A stretch of DNA of 64,000 nucleotides, from the NCBI GenBank assembly GCA_963693365.1, contig CAVNZM010000016.1:398595-462594 (forward strand), written 5' to 3'. The DNA comes from Amoebidium appalachense (taxonomy: Eukaryota; Protista; Ichthyosporea). A model generated the notes under the pieces. That model worked only from the letters and a program-made list of their open reading frames with translations, made no database searches and had not been told where the DNA came from. How positions within the stretch are numbered: the first letter of the stretch is position 1; every line of letters starts with the position of its first letter. Below, piece after piece: positions 9,880 through 19,638 of the stretch. A program made the translations under genes and the position numbers.

Positions 9880-10452
9880 ATGCGTGTGGCCGCCATCGAC
9901 GTCGGCTTCCTGAACCTGGTGGTGTGCGTGCTCAGCACCACCGACGACCCTCGCACCCCCTTCATCATCCACACGTGGGACCGCTGGCTCGTGGGCAACC
10001 CGGACACCACGGCCACGGTGCTGGTGGAGCTGCTGCTGCGGCGGCTGCACGAGGACTGCGCGCTGTTTGTGGACGTCGACATGGTCGTCATCGAGCGCCA
10101 GATGGTCACCAAGCTGAGCGTGCTGGCGCACGCGCTGCAGGCCTACTTCCTCACCCTCAGATTGACCAATGGCCACGGGCCCGGCGTGGTGCTGCAGCAC
10201 GGCACGCGCAAGAACCAGTGCGGTGCGTGGCTCGCCCGCCACGGAATGGCTCCTGCGGAGACGGGCAAGGCGGCGTATGCGGTGTACAAGCGGCGGGCGG
10301 TGGTGGACACGCAGCAGGCGCTGAAGTTGCAGAGTGAGCAGGGGTGGCGGGACAAGTTTGGGCGGGAGGGCAAGAAGGACGACATGGCGGACGCGCTGCT
10401 GCACGGGCTGTGGTACCTGTTCTGTCGGACCCAGAAAGGGGGGTCACGCTGA
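9880..10452 (+). CDS. Holliday junction resolvase, RuvC/poxvirus A22 family
   Basis: AIDVGFLNL, VVIERQM and KKDDMADALL catalytic motifs. Confidence 0.9.
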   Translation: MRVAAIDVGFLNLVVCVLSTTDDPRTPFIIHTWDRWLVGNPDTTATVLVELLLRRLHEDCALFVDVDMVVIERQMVTKLSVLAHALQAYFLTLRLTNGHGPGVVLQHGTRKNQCGAWLARHGMAPAETGKAAYAVYKRRAVVDTQQALKLQSEQGWRDKFGREGKKDDMADALLHGLWYLFCRTQKGGSR

Positions 10453-10589
10453 GGGCATATGCAGGCAAACGGACAGTGTACAAAATAAAATTGGCAATTC
10501 ATCTCTTTATTGCTTTCTCCTAGACCGGCTTCCGGTCCCATGGACCGGAGGTAGAGATTGGCCCGTTGGTTGTCTGTGTCGAGCTTGAC

Positions 10590-10670
10590 TGCATATCTGC
10601 ACTGCAGATTTTCCCCTCCAACTTAGCAATGAGTTCCTTTGTCCCCTTCAACTTGTACCAATCAAACCAA
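10590..10670 (-). pseudogene. KilA-N-like fragment, copy 1
   Basis: FDWYKLKGTKELIAKL resembles the KilA-N helix W...K.TKELI..L; duplicated at 12612-12690. Confidence 0.45.
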
Positions 10671-10833
10671 AAATGTCTGCGCCCCACACCCCGGGCTGTC
10701 ACAGTGGTACCTGTTCTGCAGGCCTGGGAGGTCGGGGAAGATGTAAGAATAAAGCGCTTTGTTTCATGGAGACTCAATGCTACACGGATGACAATTTGCC
10801 TAGCTCAGGGTATGAAAAAGCATGCCTGAGAAA

Positions 10834-12391
10834 TCAACAGCCCAGTCTGGGCTGCACGCTGGCAGGGACCAGCCCCTCGTATGCGTTCCTGAACACCTGC
10901 GCCGTGTACTTGAACTCGGCAACCTCCGGGCCGTGGGGTACCTCCCGCTCCAGCCAAACCGCCGTGGCCAAGATGATGGTGTAGGCCTGGCGGCCAGTGA
11001 TCTCGGTGGACATGACCGCACGTCCCCAGCCGAGTGCTGAGCGCAGCTTGATGGCGCGCTGGATAGCCATGTCAGCTCCGATGACCCCCACCACTGCCGT
11101 GTCGGGCTTGTCGGTGTATATGTCCACGTTCAGCACCTGGAGCACGTAGCGGCGCACGAGTCCAACAGAGCCCTTGGTAGACCCTCCAAACATGGCGGCG
11201 GTGACGCTGCGGGGAAGGTTGTACAGGCGGTCACGCAGGAAGGGGTTGCCTGTGCCACCGAGGGCGGAGCTGTCCGGGTCCTCGGGTAGGATGCGGGGGG
11301 TGAAGGCCTGGGCGGTGCTGTTGAGGGCGCTGGTGAGGCGGGCCACGTGGGACTTGCTGTACTCGATGATGAGCTGCTGCTGCTCAATCAGCGTGTCCCG
11401 GTCCCGGATGGTCTTGTTGCGCTCCTCGATGGTAATGTTCCGGTCCTCGATTGTGCGCTGCATGTTCTGGAGCAGCGTCTGCCAGTAGGCAGCCCCGTGC
11501 TCCTCGGATCCCCCCGGCACCCCCGTTCTCCACGTACTCCCCGAACAGGCGAGCGCCGCTGCCCTCGGGGAGGGAATCCTGAAGACGTCGGTTGGCGCGC
11601 ACCTCGTCAATCAACGTCTCGTCACCACCAAGGTAGCGCACGATGAGCTCAGCGGCCGCGGCCTTGAACGCGGCGACCTTGGGGCCGGTGAGAGCCAGGA
11701 TGATGCGCACCAGCTGCTTAGCATCGGCAATTGGGGTTGAACGCTCCTGATCGACCCACTCCGAAAGCTGGAGTGAGTTAATCAGTCTGGGTTCGGCCAC
11801 TGTCAGCTCGTTGATCTTTTGATGTGGGTTACCATAACCAATCGCCGCTAGAACATCAAACACATCCGCCTTCCGGGGCACGGTGTTGGTGCAGCGGATG
11901 GTCTTGCCGCTCCAGTCTCCCCCGCCCTCCCCGAACTTGAACAGAGTCACAGCCAGCCCGTCGCCGTCGAGGTCCATGCCCGGAACCGCCGTGGGCAGCT
12001 GGCGCATGGCTTCGGCAAGGGCCTTGTTGTCCGCCACCTTCCAGATGCTGATGGAGGGGTCGCCGAGAACACCACGCACGGAGGTGGCGTGCACCTGTTC
12101 ACGCAGGCGGACGAGGGACAGGGTCTTGCCGGACGGCAGGGCGCGGGTGTCCTGGGCGACAACCCCAAATCGCTTGGTGTCGCCGAGGGCTGTGGCGGCA
12201 CGCTCGTGCAGGTCGGTGTGGTCGGAGAGGAGCGCCCAGTAGCGGATGCGGGAGCGCTCGGGGTCAAGCAGAAGGGTGCGGATGGTGTCCTCAAGGGATG
12301 CGTTCTCCTCCATACTGTCGTCCGTGTCCATGCTGTCGATGTTGTCGCTCTGCATGTTGTTGTTGATGTCCATGTTCTGGGTTGTCTCCAT
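10834..12391 (-). CDS. Bro-N-like protein with coiled coil; frameshift in a G6 run
   Basis: ADVFDVL...TPIADAKQLVRIILALTGPKVAAFK...VRYLGGDETLIDEV joins GSEEHG...TIEERNKTIRDRD if one G is removed at 11510-11515; TATA box at 12436-12445. Confidence 0.7.
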
Positions 12392-12611
12392 CTTGATGGT
12401 TGCTGCAGAATGATGAATTATGGTCTGGACTGCTCCTTTTATACCTTCAGGTCTAACCACCGATGGTGCCAAAATCGATGGTGATGGTGAGTTTGGGCAC
12501 CAAACTAATGAACCCTGAATTTCAGGGATGATGATTATTGTCTCATTCGGATGTTGATCACAATTGTCGGACGACCCGACAACAGCGAACACATATCTGA
12601 CCGCACAATAT

Positions 12612-12690
12612 TATCTGCACTGCAGATTTTTCCGTCCAACTTGGCAATGAGCTGCTTTGTCCCCTTCAGCTCGTACCAATCAAAACCACG
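12612..12690 (-). pseudogene. KilA-N-like fragment, copy 2
   Basis: FDWYELKGTKQLIAKLDGKICSAD; ~80-bp direct repeat of 10590-10670. Confidence 0.45.
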
Positions 12691-12747
12691 CGTATCTGTC
12701 ACATAATTAGTATGAAAGAGAAGCAAGCCAGAGATATCACAGATATA

Positions 12748-14259
12748 TCACACACTTGCATTCGGAGTTGTCGATGCTGCGATCCCGATGTCTTCCACAA
12801 GCCGCTCCCCATCCCTGCGCCTCGGCAGTCCTGCGGCTTCAAGCTCGGCATCGGTCAACACGACCGTTTTCTTGGTTATTACCTCTCGTATTACCTGTCT
12901 GTACCGTGGGTCATCAAGATTCGGCTGCACCACATCTATCTCTCCTCCATGCATCTTAGCCCAGTAGAGTTCGGTCAGTTGCTTCCCGTACAGGGACAGC
13001 ACGGCCCCGATTTTGTAGACTGCCCGGAATCCTCTGTCCACCTTCTCAAGCTTTGTCGTTATATGATTGCAGACCCGTTCCCCAATGGTGTTTCCATTGC
13101 CCGGTTGGGAACCCCAGTCGAAGCTTGACGTGCGCAGGAGTATGTAGACCATCAACCAGGAGGCACATGCCGAGTCGTGTATTTCGTTTCTATCGACAAG
13201 CCCCTCATACAAAACCCTCCCAAAACTTGTCTGAAGGCTCTTACATACAGATTCGTGTTGGTAGGTGCGCAGAACTTTCGAGCTTCCAGTGTAACCGGCC
13301 CCCTCAAGGAACATACAGAGGGCGTCAGCGATTAGCCCTGCCGGGGCAGACATGTTAAAGCACTCAACCACCTTGACTTGCGAATCGATAATGATAACAG
13401 AAGCATGCTCTGGGCTCGACACATGCATTATATAGTAGCGCTCACGTTCTTGGCTTTTCAGCCAGGAAGAGAGGTTCGACACAGATGCTTTCGAGCATCT
13501 GAAACCCCACTTTCCTGCTGACACCTTCCAAGTGGACATTTTACCATTGTCCGTCACAACACCGAGTGCTGGTGTGGACTTGGGGACAGCATCACCATTA
13601 TACTCTATTTTGAGGGATGTGCCAGGGGAAAAACGAACAGATTTTGGCAGATAGGTTTGCAGCAGTACGAAGGTGTTGTCCCGAGACATGACGCCACACC
13701 CTGCCACAGCCGGTGAGGCTTCAACGGAGCCAACCCCAATCAGCTCGGTCAGTGACTTCTGAAGATCAACGAGGCCGTTGTACCAGTCAAATAGAAGTGG
13801 CCACGTTTTTTGTATGTCCTCCATCATGTCCGAGGGCGTAGGTCTTCCAGGGACAATAGCCTGTTTGTACTTTTCGGCCACGTAGGGAGCACACTTCACC
13901 ACAATCGACCCGAAACGGTGCTTCCGCTGGTCCACGAGAAACCGGCTTTTTGAATCATACCTTACAGCAAACTTGTATTCCGTACCCGCTGTTTGACGCA
14001 TACAAATAAACAACAATCTGTAGCCACCCAGCCCTGCTTCAAAAACCAGAGATGTAACACAGGTCAGACAGACTGGTTCGACATCATTTTGAGTGCTCCA
14101 CAAGTTGATGGAGAGACAGACGTCCTCCATAGCCCACTTGTATGTCTGGGTGTTGCGGGGTTTCAGATGTGCGTCTTCCAACTTGAAATGTTGGGTATTG
14201 CGTTTGACAAACTTGAAGAAGCAGTGGGGCTTTACCGACAATGTCTGTGTTGAAGCCAT
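12748..14259 (-). CDS. Putative clan-CE (Ulp1/adenain-like) cysteine protease
   Basis: EHASVIIIDSQVKVVECFN...SLQ...DSACASWLMVYILLR gives the His, Asp/Asn, Gln, Cys order typical of clan CE. Confidence 0.5.
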   Translation of the reverse strand: MASTQTLSVKPHCFFKFVKRNTQHFKLEDAHLKPRNTQTYKWAMEDVCLSINLWSTQNDVEPVCLTCVTSLVFEAGLGGYRLLFICMRQTAGTEYKFAVRYDSKSRFLVDQRKHRFGSIVVKCAPYVAEKYKQAIVPGRPTPSDMMEDIQKTWPLLFDWYNGLVDLQKSLTELIGVGSVEASPAVAGCGVMSRDNTFVLLQTYLPKSVRFSPGTSLKIEYNGDAVPKSTPALGVVTDNGKMSTWKVSAGKWGFRCSKASVSNLSSWLKSQERERYYIMHVSSPEHASVIIIDSQVKVVECFNMSAPAGLIADALCMFLEGAGYTGSSKVLRTYQHESVCKSLQTSFGRVLYEGLVDRNEIHDSACASWLMVYILLRTSSFDWGSQPGNGNTIGERVCNHITTKLEKVDRGFRAVYKIGAVLSLYGKQLTELYWAKMHGGEIDVVQPNLDDPRYRQVIREVITKKTVVLTDAELEAAGLPRRRDGERLVEDIGIAASTTPNASV

Positions 14260-14386
14260 CTACACAACAGCCGAATTTTTCGACATATGGGTGGTTCCCT
14301 GGGACAGTTTCGGGTGGGTTCCTGCGCGGGGCTGGGGGGAGGGAGGGGGATTGCGTCCATTCTGTGACCGATATATGCAAAAGAGT

Positions 14387-14790
14387 TTATATCCCTGCTG
14401 CACCGATGCCAGCAGGCTTGACGCAGCAGAAGTCCGGCGCGCACGGCATCGACGTGGCCCTGCGCCGCTTGCACCGCAGCACCCCGCCGGTCTTGGGGTC
14501 CGGTCGGTAGAGGTTGCAGCCAACAAACTGGTTGCACGGCACGAGCGACGGATTCTGCGGCACCACCGTGCGGCACAGCCACCCGCACCCCACCCCCGGC
14601 ACCGGCACCTGCGAGCACACGGGCGCTGCGGCGGCCGTCTGCGCAATGAGCCGTGTGCATCTGGGCAGTACGGTGGGGGTGGGGGTCGGGGGTGGTTGGC
14701 GCCGGCGTCGGGGGGGGCCGTCACGTAGCTGGCGGCGGCGGCGGCGGCTTGTGCAAGTAGGGCAACGAGCACGTACATTACCGTGTGCAT
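14387..14790 (-). CDS. Secreted Cys-rich protein with P/T linker; two homopolymer frameshifts
   Basis: Reconstructed as MHTVMYVLVALLAQAAAAAASYVTAPPTPAPTTPTPTPTVLPRC...CSQ...CGWLC...PCNQFVGC...RC...PCAPDFCCVKP. Confidence 0.55.
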
Positions 14791-14920
14791 GGATAATAGT
14801 TGTGGGGGCGGGGGTGTTCTTGTTTGTTGGGGACCGGGAGGTCCTAGAGCTGGTTGTGTGTTATTTATTTGGAACCTGCACATATGAACCGGCCGGTGGA
14901 AAAGAGGGTGCTGACTGAGA

Positions 14921-15075
14921 CCCTGCGCGGGGCTGGGGGTGGCTGGGGGTGGCTGGGGGGGCTGGGGGTGCGCTTGTGCCTTGTGCGACCGACTTGTGTA
15001 CCTTGTGTGCATGCGTGCCCGTGTGCCTCGCCTGCCTCGCGTGCCTCGCGTGCCTCGCGCGCGTGGTGGTTGCAT
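14921..15075. repeat. GC-rich intergenic repeat (GGCTGGGGGT and GCCTCGCGT units)
   Basis: Direct copy at 15595-15705 and more GCCTCGC units to 15840; partial copy at 14321. Confidence 0.75.
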
Positions 15076-15091
15076 CGACGAGGGGCACCGG

Positions 15092-15487
15092 TCAGTGCTC
15101 GTTCTCTTTATTCTTCCCGGGCTTCTCGCCGGGAGGGGCCGCATTGTGAGGCCCAAACAGCCCGTACAGGATGTCCTCCTCGCACGTCACCAGGATCTCG
15201 TGCTTGTCCATGATCTTCATCGCGTGCTCGATGGTTTCGGCGGGCACGGGGGGGCCGTGGACAAACAGGTGCACGCGCATGTCTTTGTCGGGGTGGAAGT
15301 GGTGGTTGGCCAGCACGTTCGCCATGGCGGTCTTCCAATCGGCCAGCTGCTCGACCTGGTCGATCTGGTCGTTCGTCAGCACGTCGATGCGCCCGACCTT
15401 GGTGAGCGTCCCCTCGACACCTTTCAACCGGTCGGCCAGCTCGTATATGACCATGGCCCGTTCGATCTCATCCTCGGTGTCCGTCAT
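15092..15487 (-). CDS. Short degenerate PD-(D/E)XK nuclease paralog
   Basis: GRIDVLTNDQIDQVEQ...WKTAMANV...RVHLF; the EVK motif is replaced by QVE. Confidence 0.7.
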   Translation of the reverse strand: MTDTEDEIERAMVIYELADRLKGVEGTLTKVGRIDVLTNDQIDQVEQLADWKTAMANVLANHHFHPDKDMRVHLFVHGPPVPAETIEHAMKIMDKHEILVTCEEDILYGLFGPHNAAPPGEKPGKNKENEH

Positions 15488-15880
15488 CACATACCGCACA
15501 CATAATATTCGCGTGCCGCCCGTAGGCGGGTTACCCATTGACAATCACACATCGCACTTTCGACCGTGTGTGTGCGCCCGACAATGTTGCGGCGCGTGGG
15601 GGGCTGGGGGTGGCTGGGCGGGGCTGCCGTGGCTGGGGGTGGCTGGGGCGCGGGTGCCTCGCCTGCCTCGCGTGCCTCGCGTGCCTCGCGCGCGTGGTGG
15701 TTCCGGTGTTTCCTTTATTGGTTCCTCGTGTGCCCCCCACAGCCACCCCCAGCCACCCAGGGCCCCGGGGGGGGGGGTGCTCACCCCTCGCATGCCTCGC
15801 ATGCCTCGCATGCCTCGCGCGCCTCGCGCGCCTCGCGGGGTGGGGTGTGTGTGCGTTTGTGTGTTTCTTCTCGGACAACT

Positions 15881-16549
15881 CTAATTTGCCATGATCTTGC
15901 TATACACTATCTTGTGGGCACGGGTGTGTCTGCCAGGTTTCCCTATAGAGACACGCTCTCCTGCGGGAACAAACGACGACCCGCCCAAAACCCGTGTCAG
16001 CACCGTTCCCAGTCTCTTGATTCCCACCTCGCAATCGTCCAACATATTTATATCAGCCCATTGCCGCATGCAACCGGCCATCCCCGATGTCGTAACCCAG
16101 GTCCCATTCTCGATACCAAAGCTGTGTGTTCCGCGTGCGCCTGTCGCTATGTCCTTTAGAAAGTGTATTTCGTTCGACTCCTGTGCCCTCTCCGTTGGTT
16201 TTGTCCGGGTTGTGCAGATGCCCCCGTGACACCCCCAAATTAGCCGCAGAGTGTCGGGCTCCACCGTCACAAACACCCCAAGAGATTCTATGGTCTCAAC
16301 GGCAACCCTATAAACCTCGATGGATGCGTAACCAAACAGGTGCACACGAGCCTGTCGACCAGGGTAGAAGCGTTGGTACGCCTGCACCTGTCCAAGCGCA
16401 GCCTTCCACTGTGCCACACGCTTGACCTCGATGATCTGCGTGTCCGTGAGCAGGTCGATTCGGCCGGCTGGCGTGACCACTTCGCACTTCCCCCCCTCAA
16501 TCCTGGCTAACCGATCTCTGACCGACGCTTCATCATACGATGCCATCAT
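15881..16549 (-). CDS. PD-(D/E)XK nuclease plus C-terminal D5-type winged-helix-like domain
   Basis: EVVTPAGRIDLLTDTQIIEVK...WKAALGQVQAY; C-terminus SNEIHFLKD...MRQW...LGTVLTRVLG. Confidence 0.8.
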   Translation of the reverse strand: MMASYDEASVRDRLARIEGGKCEVVTPAGRIDLLTDTQIIEVKRVAQWKAALGQVQAYQRFYPGRQARVHLFGYASIEVYRVAVETIESLGVFVTVEPDTLRLIWGCHGGICTTRTKPTERAQESNEIHFLKDIATGARGTHSFGIENGTWVTTSGMAGCMRQWADINMLDDCEVGIKRLGTVLTRVLGGSSFVPAGERVSIGKPGRHTRAHKIVYSKIMAN

Positions 16550-16619
16550 AATAGGGTACAAAAAAACATGACTCGTCTTTATATTATAAGCCAGTCGGGG
16601 TGTTATGAGTCCGATATAA

Positions 16620-16980
16620 CACCAATCACAACAACACCACCGACACACCACCAACCTACCCAAGTTACCACCAACCTACCAACAGTAATCGCGATTTGAT
16701 TAGTAGAATTAGACCCAAACGTCGATTTCACTTATAAATAGTAGGTTGGGTAGGTTCAGTGGGTTGTTTTGGGGTTGAGTCGAGCTGGGGCAAAAACAAA
16801 CGAACACCAACGATGTGTGTTTGGAGGGGCCCCTCCGAGAACCTACCCAACCTACCGAAGTTACCAAACCCCCCAACAACCAATGAAATACGCCCGTTAA
16901 ACCAAGAAACCAATCGGATGGCTTTGTTTAAACGTTTGCGCAAAACCCAAGCTACCACCAAGTGGCCGAAGTTACTGAAA
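16620..16980. repeat. Iteron-like AACCTAC(C) direct and inverted repeats (candidate origin)
   Basis: AACCTACC at ~16653, 16673, 16840 and 16849; inverted GTAGGTT at 16741 and 16750; AAGTTAC recurs three times. Confidence 0.5.
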
Positions 16981-17199
16981 GGAAGCTGGCGATCACTTAT
17001 GCGAAAGTATCTTCGAGAACGAAACTCGATAAGCACGCGATGTCTTTGACACTGCCCCCACTGCCACCGATTCGCGTAGCGGTACATGCAGCGCCTCTCC
17101 AAACAACATGTGCACAGAAAATATGTTATCCCCCCCCCCACACCCCTCTTGCCCCGGTGCGTGTTGGGGTCGCGTAGATATTTTCTATACCGTATCATA

Positions 17200-18723
17200 A
17201 TGGACACGTCCGACTCAGCTATGTACTTTACAGATGTGGATCAGCATGCCGTGGAACAGATAAGCAGAAAGCGGTTTGAGGCTTTTGAGTACTTGGGACC
17301 AGACGCCTTTATGGGGCTTCGTATGAACCCAGCCACATGTGACAGTCGAGAATGGACCAGAGAGCAGGTGGAAATGTTCATCGGCGCAAATGTCGCACAC
17401 ATCGCCGGTACAACAATGTTTGTGCTTAAAACATACGATCACGAATTGGGTGTGCACGTTGCAAAGATAGTGAGCAAGCAAGAGATCTTTGCGACCCTGT
17501 CGTTGTTCTCGTTCCGACAACCAGTAGACAGAAGTGGTAAAACCGCGAAGCCCCAGCCTCCAATTAATGGCACCGAAATACTCAAGACTACCGCAATCCC
17601 AATATATACCAAGATCATTTTTGACCCCTCAGATCCTGACCCCAAAACACAAGCACGCAAACCAACCAACATAGATCCCGTGTACCGGCCGTACAACATA
17701 TACAGAGGTTTGCGCATCAAGTATGACCCGGAGTATGGTCTGCGGGATGATCTCACACGTCTCTTCAAGGAGCACGCGTTCAAAGTGCTTTGCAACGGCC
17801 GAGCAGAGGAGTATAACTATCTGCGGACATGGGTTTGTCATCTGTTCCAATATCCTGCAAACAAACCAGGGACTGCACTTCTCTTTGTATCAGAGCAGGG
17901 AACAGGAAAGAATGTGTGGTGGCAAGCCATCATGGATATCATTTCGCCAGAGTACTACGCATATGTCATCCATAGAGAACACATGTCGGGGAAGTTCAAC
18001 CAACACCTTGCAAACAAAATCCTGGTGTTGTGCGACGAAGTAACATGGGGCGGATCACATGAAACAAACAACCTCATGAAAGCGCGCATCACTCAGCCGA
18101 CTATGATGCTTGAGAAGAAGGGATGTGATGCCATCAACACAAACTCATATGAGAGATATGTGGTGTTGTCCAACGAGGACTGGCCTGTGAGAGTGGAAAC
18201 GAGTGACAGGCGCTGGGCCTGCTTTGGAGTGAGCCCCGAACGCATTGGAAACCACGAGTATTTCGAGCGGTTTGTCATATACCACAGACAGGGGGAGGTG
18301 TTGAAAGTCATATACCACGACTTCATGAACGAGCCCTGTGTTCCACATACCATGCCGCGCCCCATTGACAACGACACAAAACTAAATATCAAATCAATCA
18401 GTCGTAGTGATGAGGCACAATTCTTGAAGGATCTCATTGCTCACAAAAACGGGTGTGAAAACTTTACCTTCATTCATGACGGATGCTCTGTAATACCTTC
18501 AGGTCTTTTCCAACTATTTCGGGAATGGCACACGATGAACGCACGTGACACCAAAACTCCCAGCTTACGCACTTTTGGAAGTTCTATGAGGAAAATCCTG
18601 GGAAGGCCCAAGACAACACTTGCAGCGAAGATCTGCACGTGGCCACTCCACCCACCTATAACAGGAACTTCGGGCAGGGCTGACTGCTACACCATATGTG
18701 CCCAAGCTATATCCAAGGTCTGA
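17200..18723 (+). CDS. SF3 (D5-like/DUF5906) helicase with C-terminal winged-helix-like domain; no recognisable primase domain
   Basis: Walker A SEQGTGKN, Walker B LVLCDEV, motif C VVLSN, Arg finger SDRRW; GKFNQHL and EKKG motifs. Confidence 0.9.
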   Translation: MDTSDSAMYFTDVDQHAVEQISRKRFEAFEYLGPDAFMGLRMNPATCDSREWTREQVEMFIGANVAHIAGTTMFVLKTYDHELGVHVAKIVSKQEIFATLSLFSFRQPVDRSGKTAKPQPPINGTEILKTTAIPIYTKIIFDPSDPDPKTQARKPTNIDPVYRPYNIYRGLRIKYDPEYGLRDDLTRLFKEHAFKVLCNGRAEEYNYLRTWVCHLFQYPANKPGTALLFVSEQGTGKNVWWQAIMDIISPEYYAYVIHREHMSGKFNQHLANKILVLCDEVTWGGSHETNNLMKARITQPTMMLEKKGCDAINTNSYERYVVLSNEDWPVRVETSDRRWACFGVSPERIGNHEYFERFVIYHRQGEVLKVIYHDFMNEPCVPHTMPRPIDNDTKLNIKSISRSDEAQFLKDLIAHKNGCENFTFIHDGCSVIPSGLFQLFREWHTMNARDTKTPSLRTFGSSMRKILGRPKTTLAAKICTWPLHPPITGTSGRADCYTICAQAISKV

Positions 18724-18729
18724 CCCCAT

Positions 18730-19020
18730 TCTTTTTCTCCTGATATTCTCATTATGTTCTCATTATACTAATTAGCATAATGGGAACATAAGGGGATAAT
18801 CATTGGATAATTGTCACGTGTTAATTAACAAGAACCAATCAAACTCAAGCTTGTTAACTCTACTACTATAAATGGCTAATTAATAAGGGGATAAGGAGAA
18901 TAAGGGGGTGGTTTAAGCTATGGGGGTTGCAGCCTTTGGTGCCATTTCATTGGCTAACATGGGGGGGGATGCCTTTGCAAAATGGTCTGAAGTATCCCCT
19001 TATTCAGCATACCCCTTACG
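18730..19020. repeat. AT-rich region with ATAAGGGG direct and inverted repeats (candidate origin)
   Basis: ATAAGGGG at ~18788, 18883 and 18900; inverted CCCCTTA at ~18996 and 19012; TTAATTAA-type palindromes. Confidence 0.45.
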
Positions 19021-19053
19021 GAGGTGTATTTTTTCTTTCCTACTTATGAGAGG

Positions 19054-19518
19054 ATGTATTCAGCGTTTCTGTGTGAGTGGGAGACCTGTGGGAGACCCTT
19101 CGAGAGCAACGCAGCCCTCCAGCGACATCGTCTTACGCACACGGGTCAGAGGCCACATGTATGCCCTTGGCCTGGATGTTTCAGGGGGTTTACACAACGT
19201 TCTACTTTGGAGCTTCATTATCGGCTGCACACTGGGGAACTTCCTTTTCAGTGTGACTGGGAGGGATGCAAGGCCTCGTTCAGATGTAAGAGTAAGCTGA
19301 AGATGCATCAACGAAACCATGCAGAGACGGGGACTTATAAATGTACATGGGATGGATGCGAGGCCAGTTTCAATACCAGAGATGCCATCAACACTCACAT
19401 CAATCGGCATACGGGAGAACGGCCATACAAATGTAAAGAGCCAGGATGCTCTGCCTCATATCGCCAGAGGGCGAGCCTTGCATATCATGTTCGTCATCAC
19501 CATAATAAACCCAAATGA
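19054..19518 (+). CDS. C2H2 zinc-finger protein (5 fingers)
   Basis: Five C-x4-C...H-x3/4-H units with TGQRP, TGELP and TGERP linkers; intronless. Confidence 0.9.
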   Translation: MYSAFLCEWETCGRPFESNAALQRHRLTHTGQRPHVCPWPGCFRGFTQRSTLELHYRLHTGELPFQCDWEGCKASFRCKSKLKMHQRNHAETGTYKCTWDGCEASFNTRDAINTHINRHTGERPYKCKEPGCSASYRQRASLAYHVRHHHNKPK

Positions 19519-19638
19519 ACAAATCATGTCTTGTGACCTTTTTTCTACTCAAGATGGAAACTTCTCAAAGTGCTGTCCATCGACACGGTCTCTGCAATGA
19601 TGCACTTGCCCGCTGAATATTTTGTACCCTAGTACACG

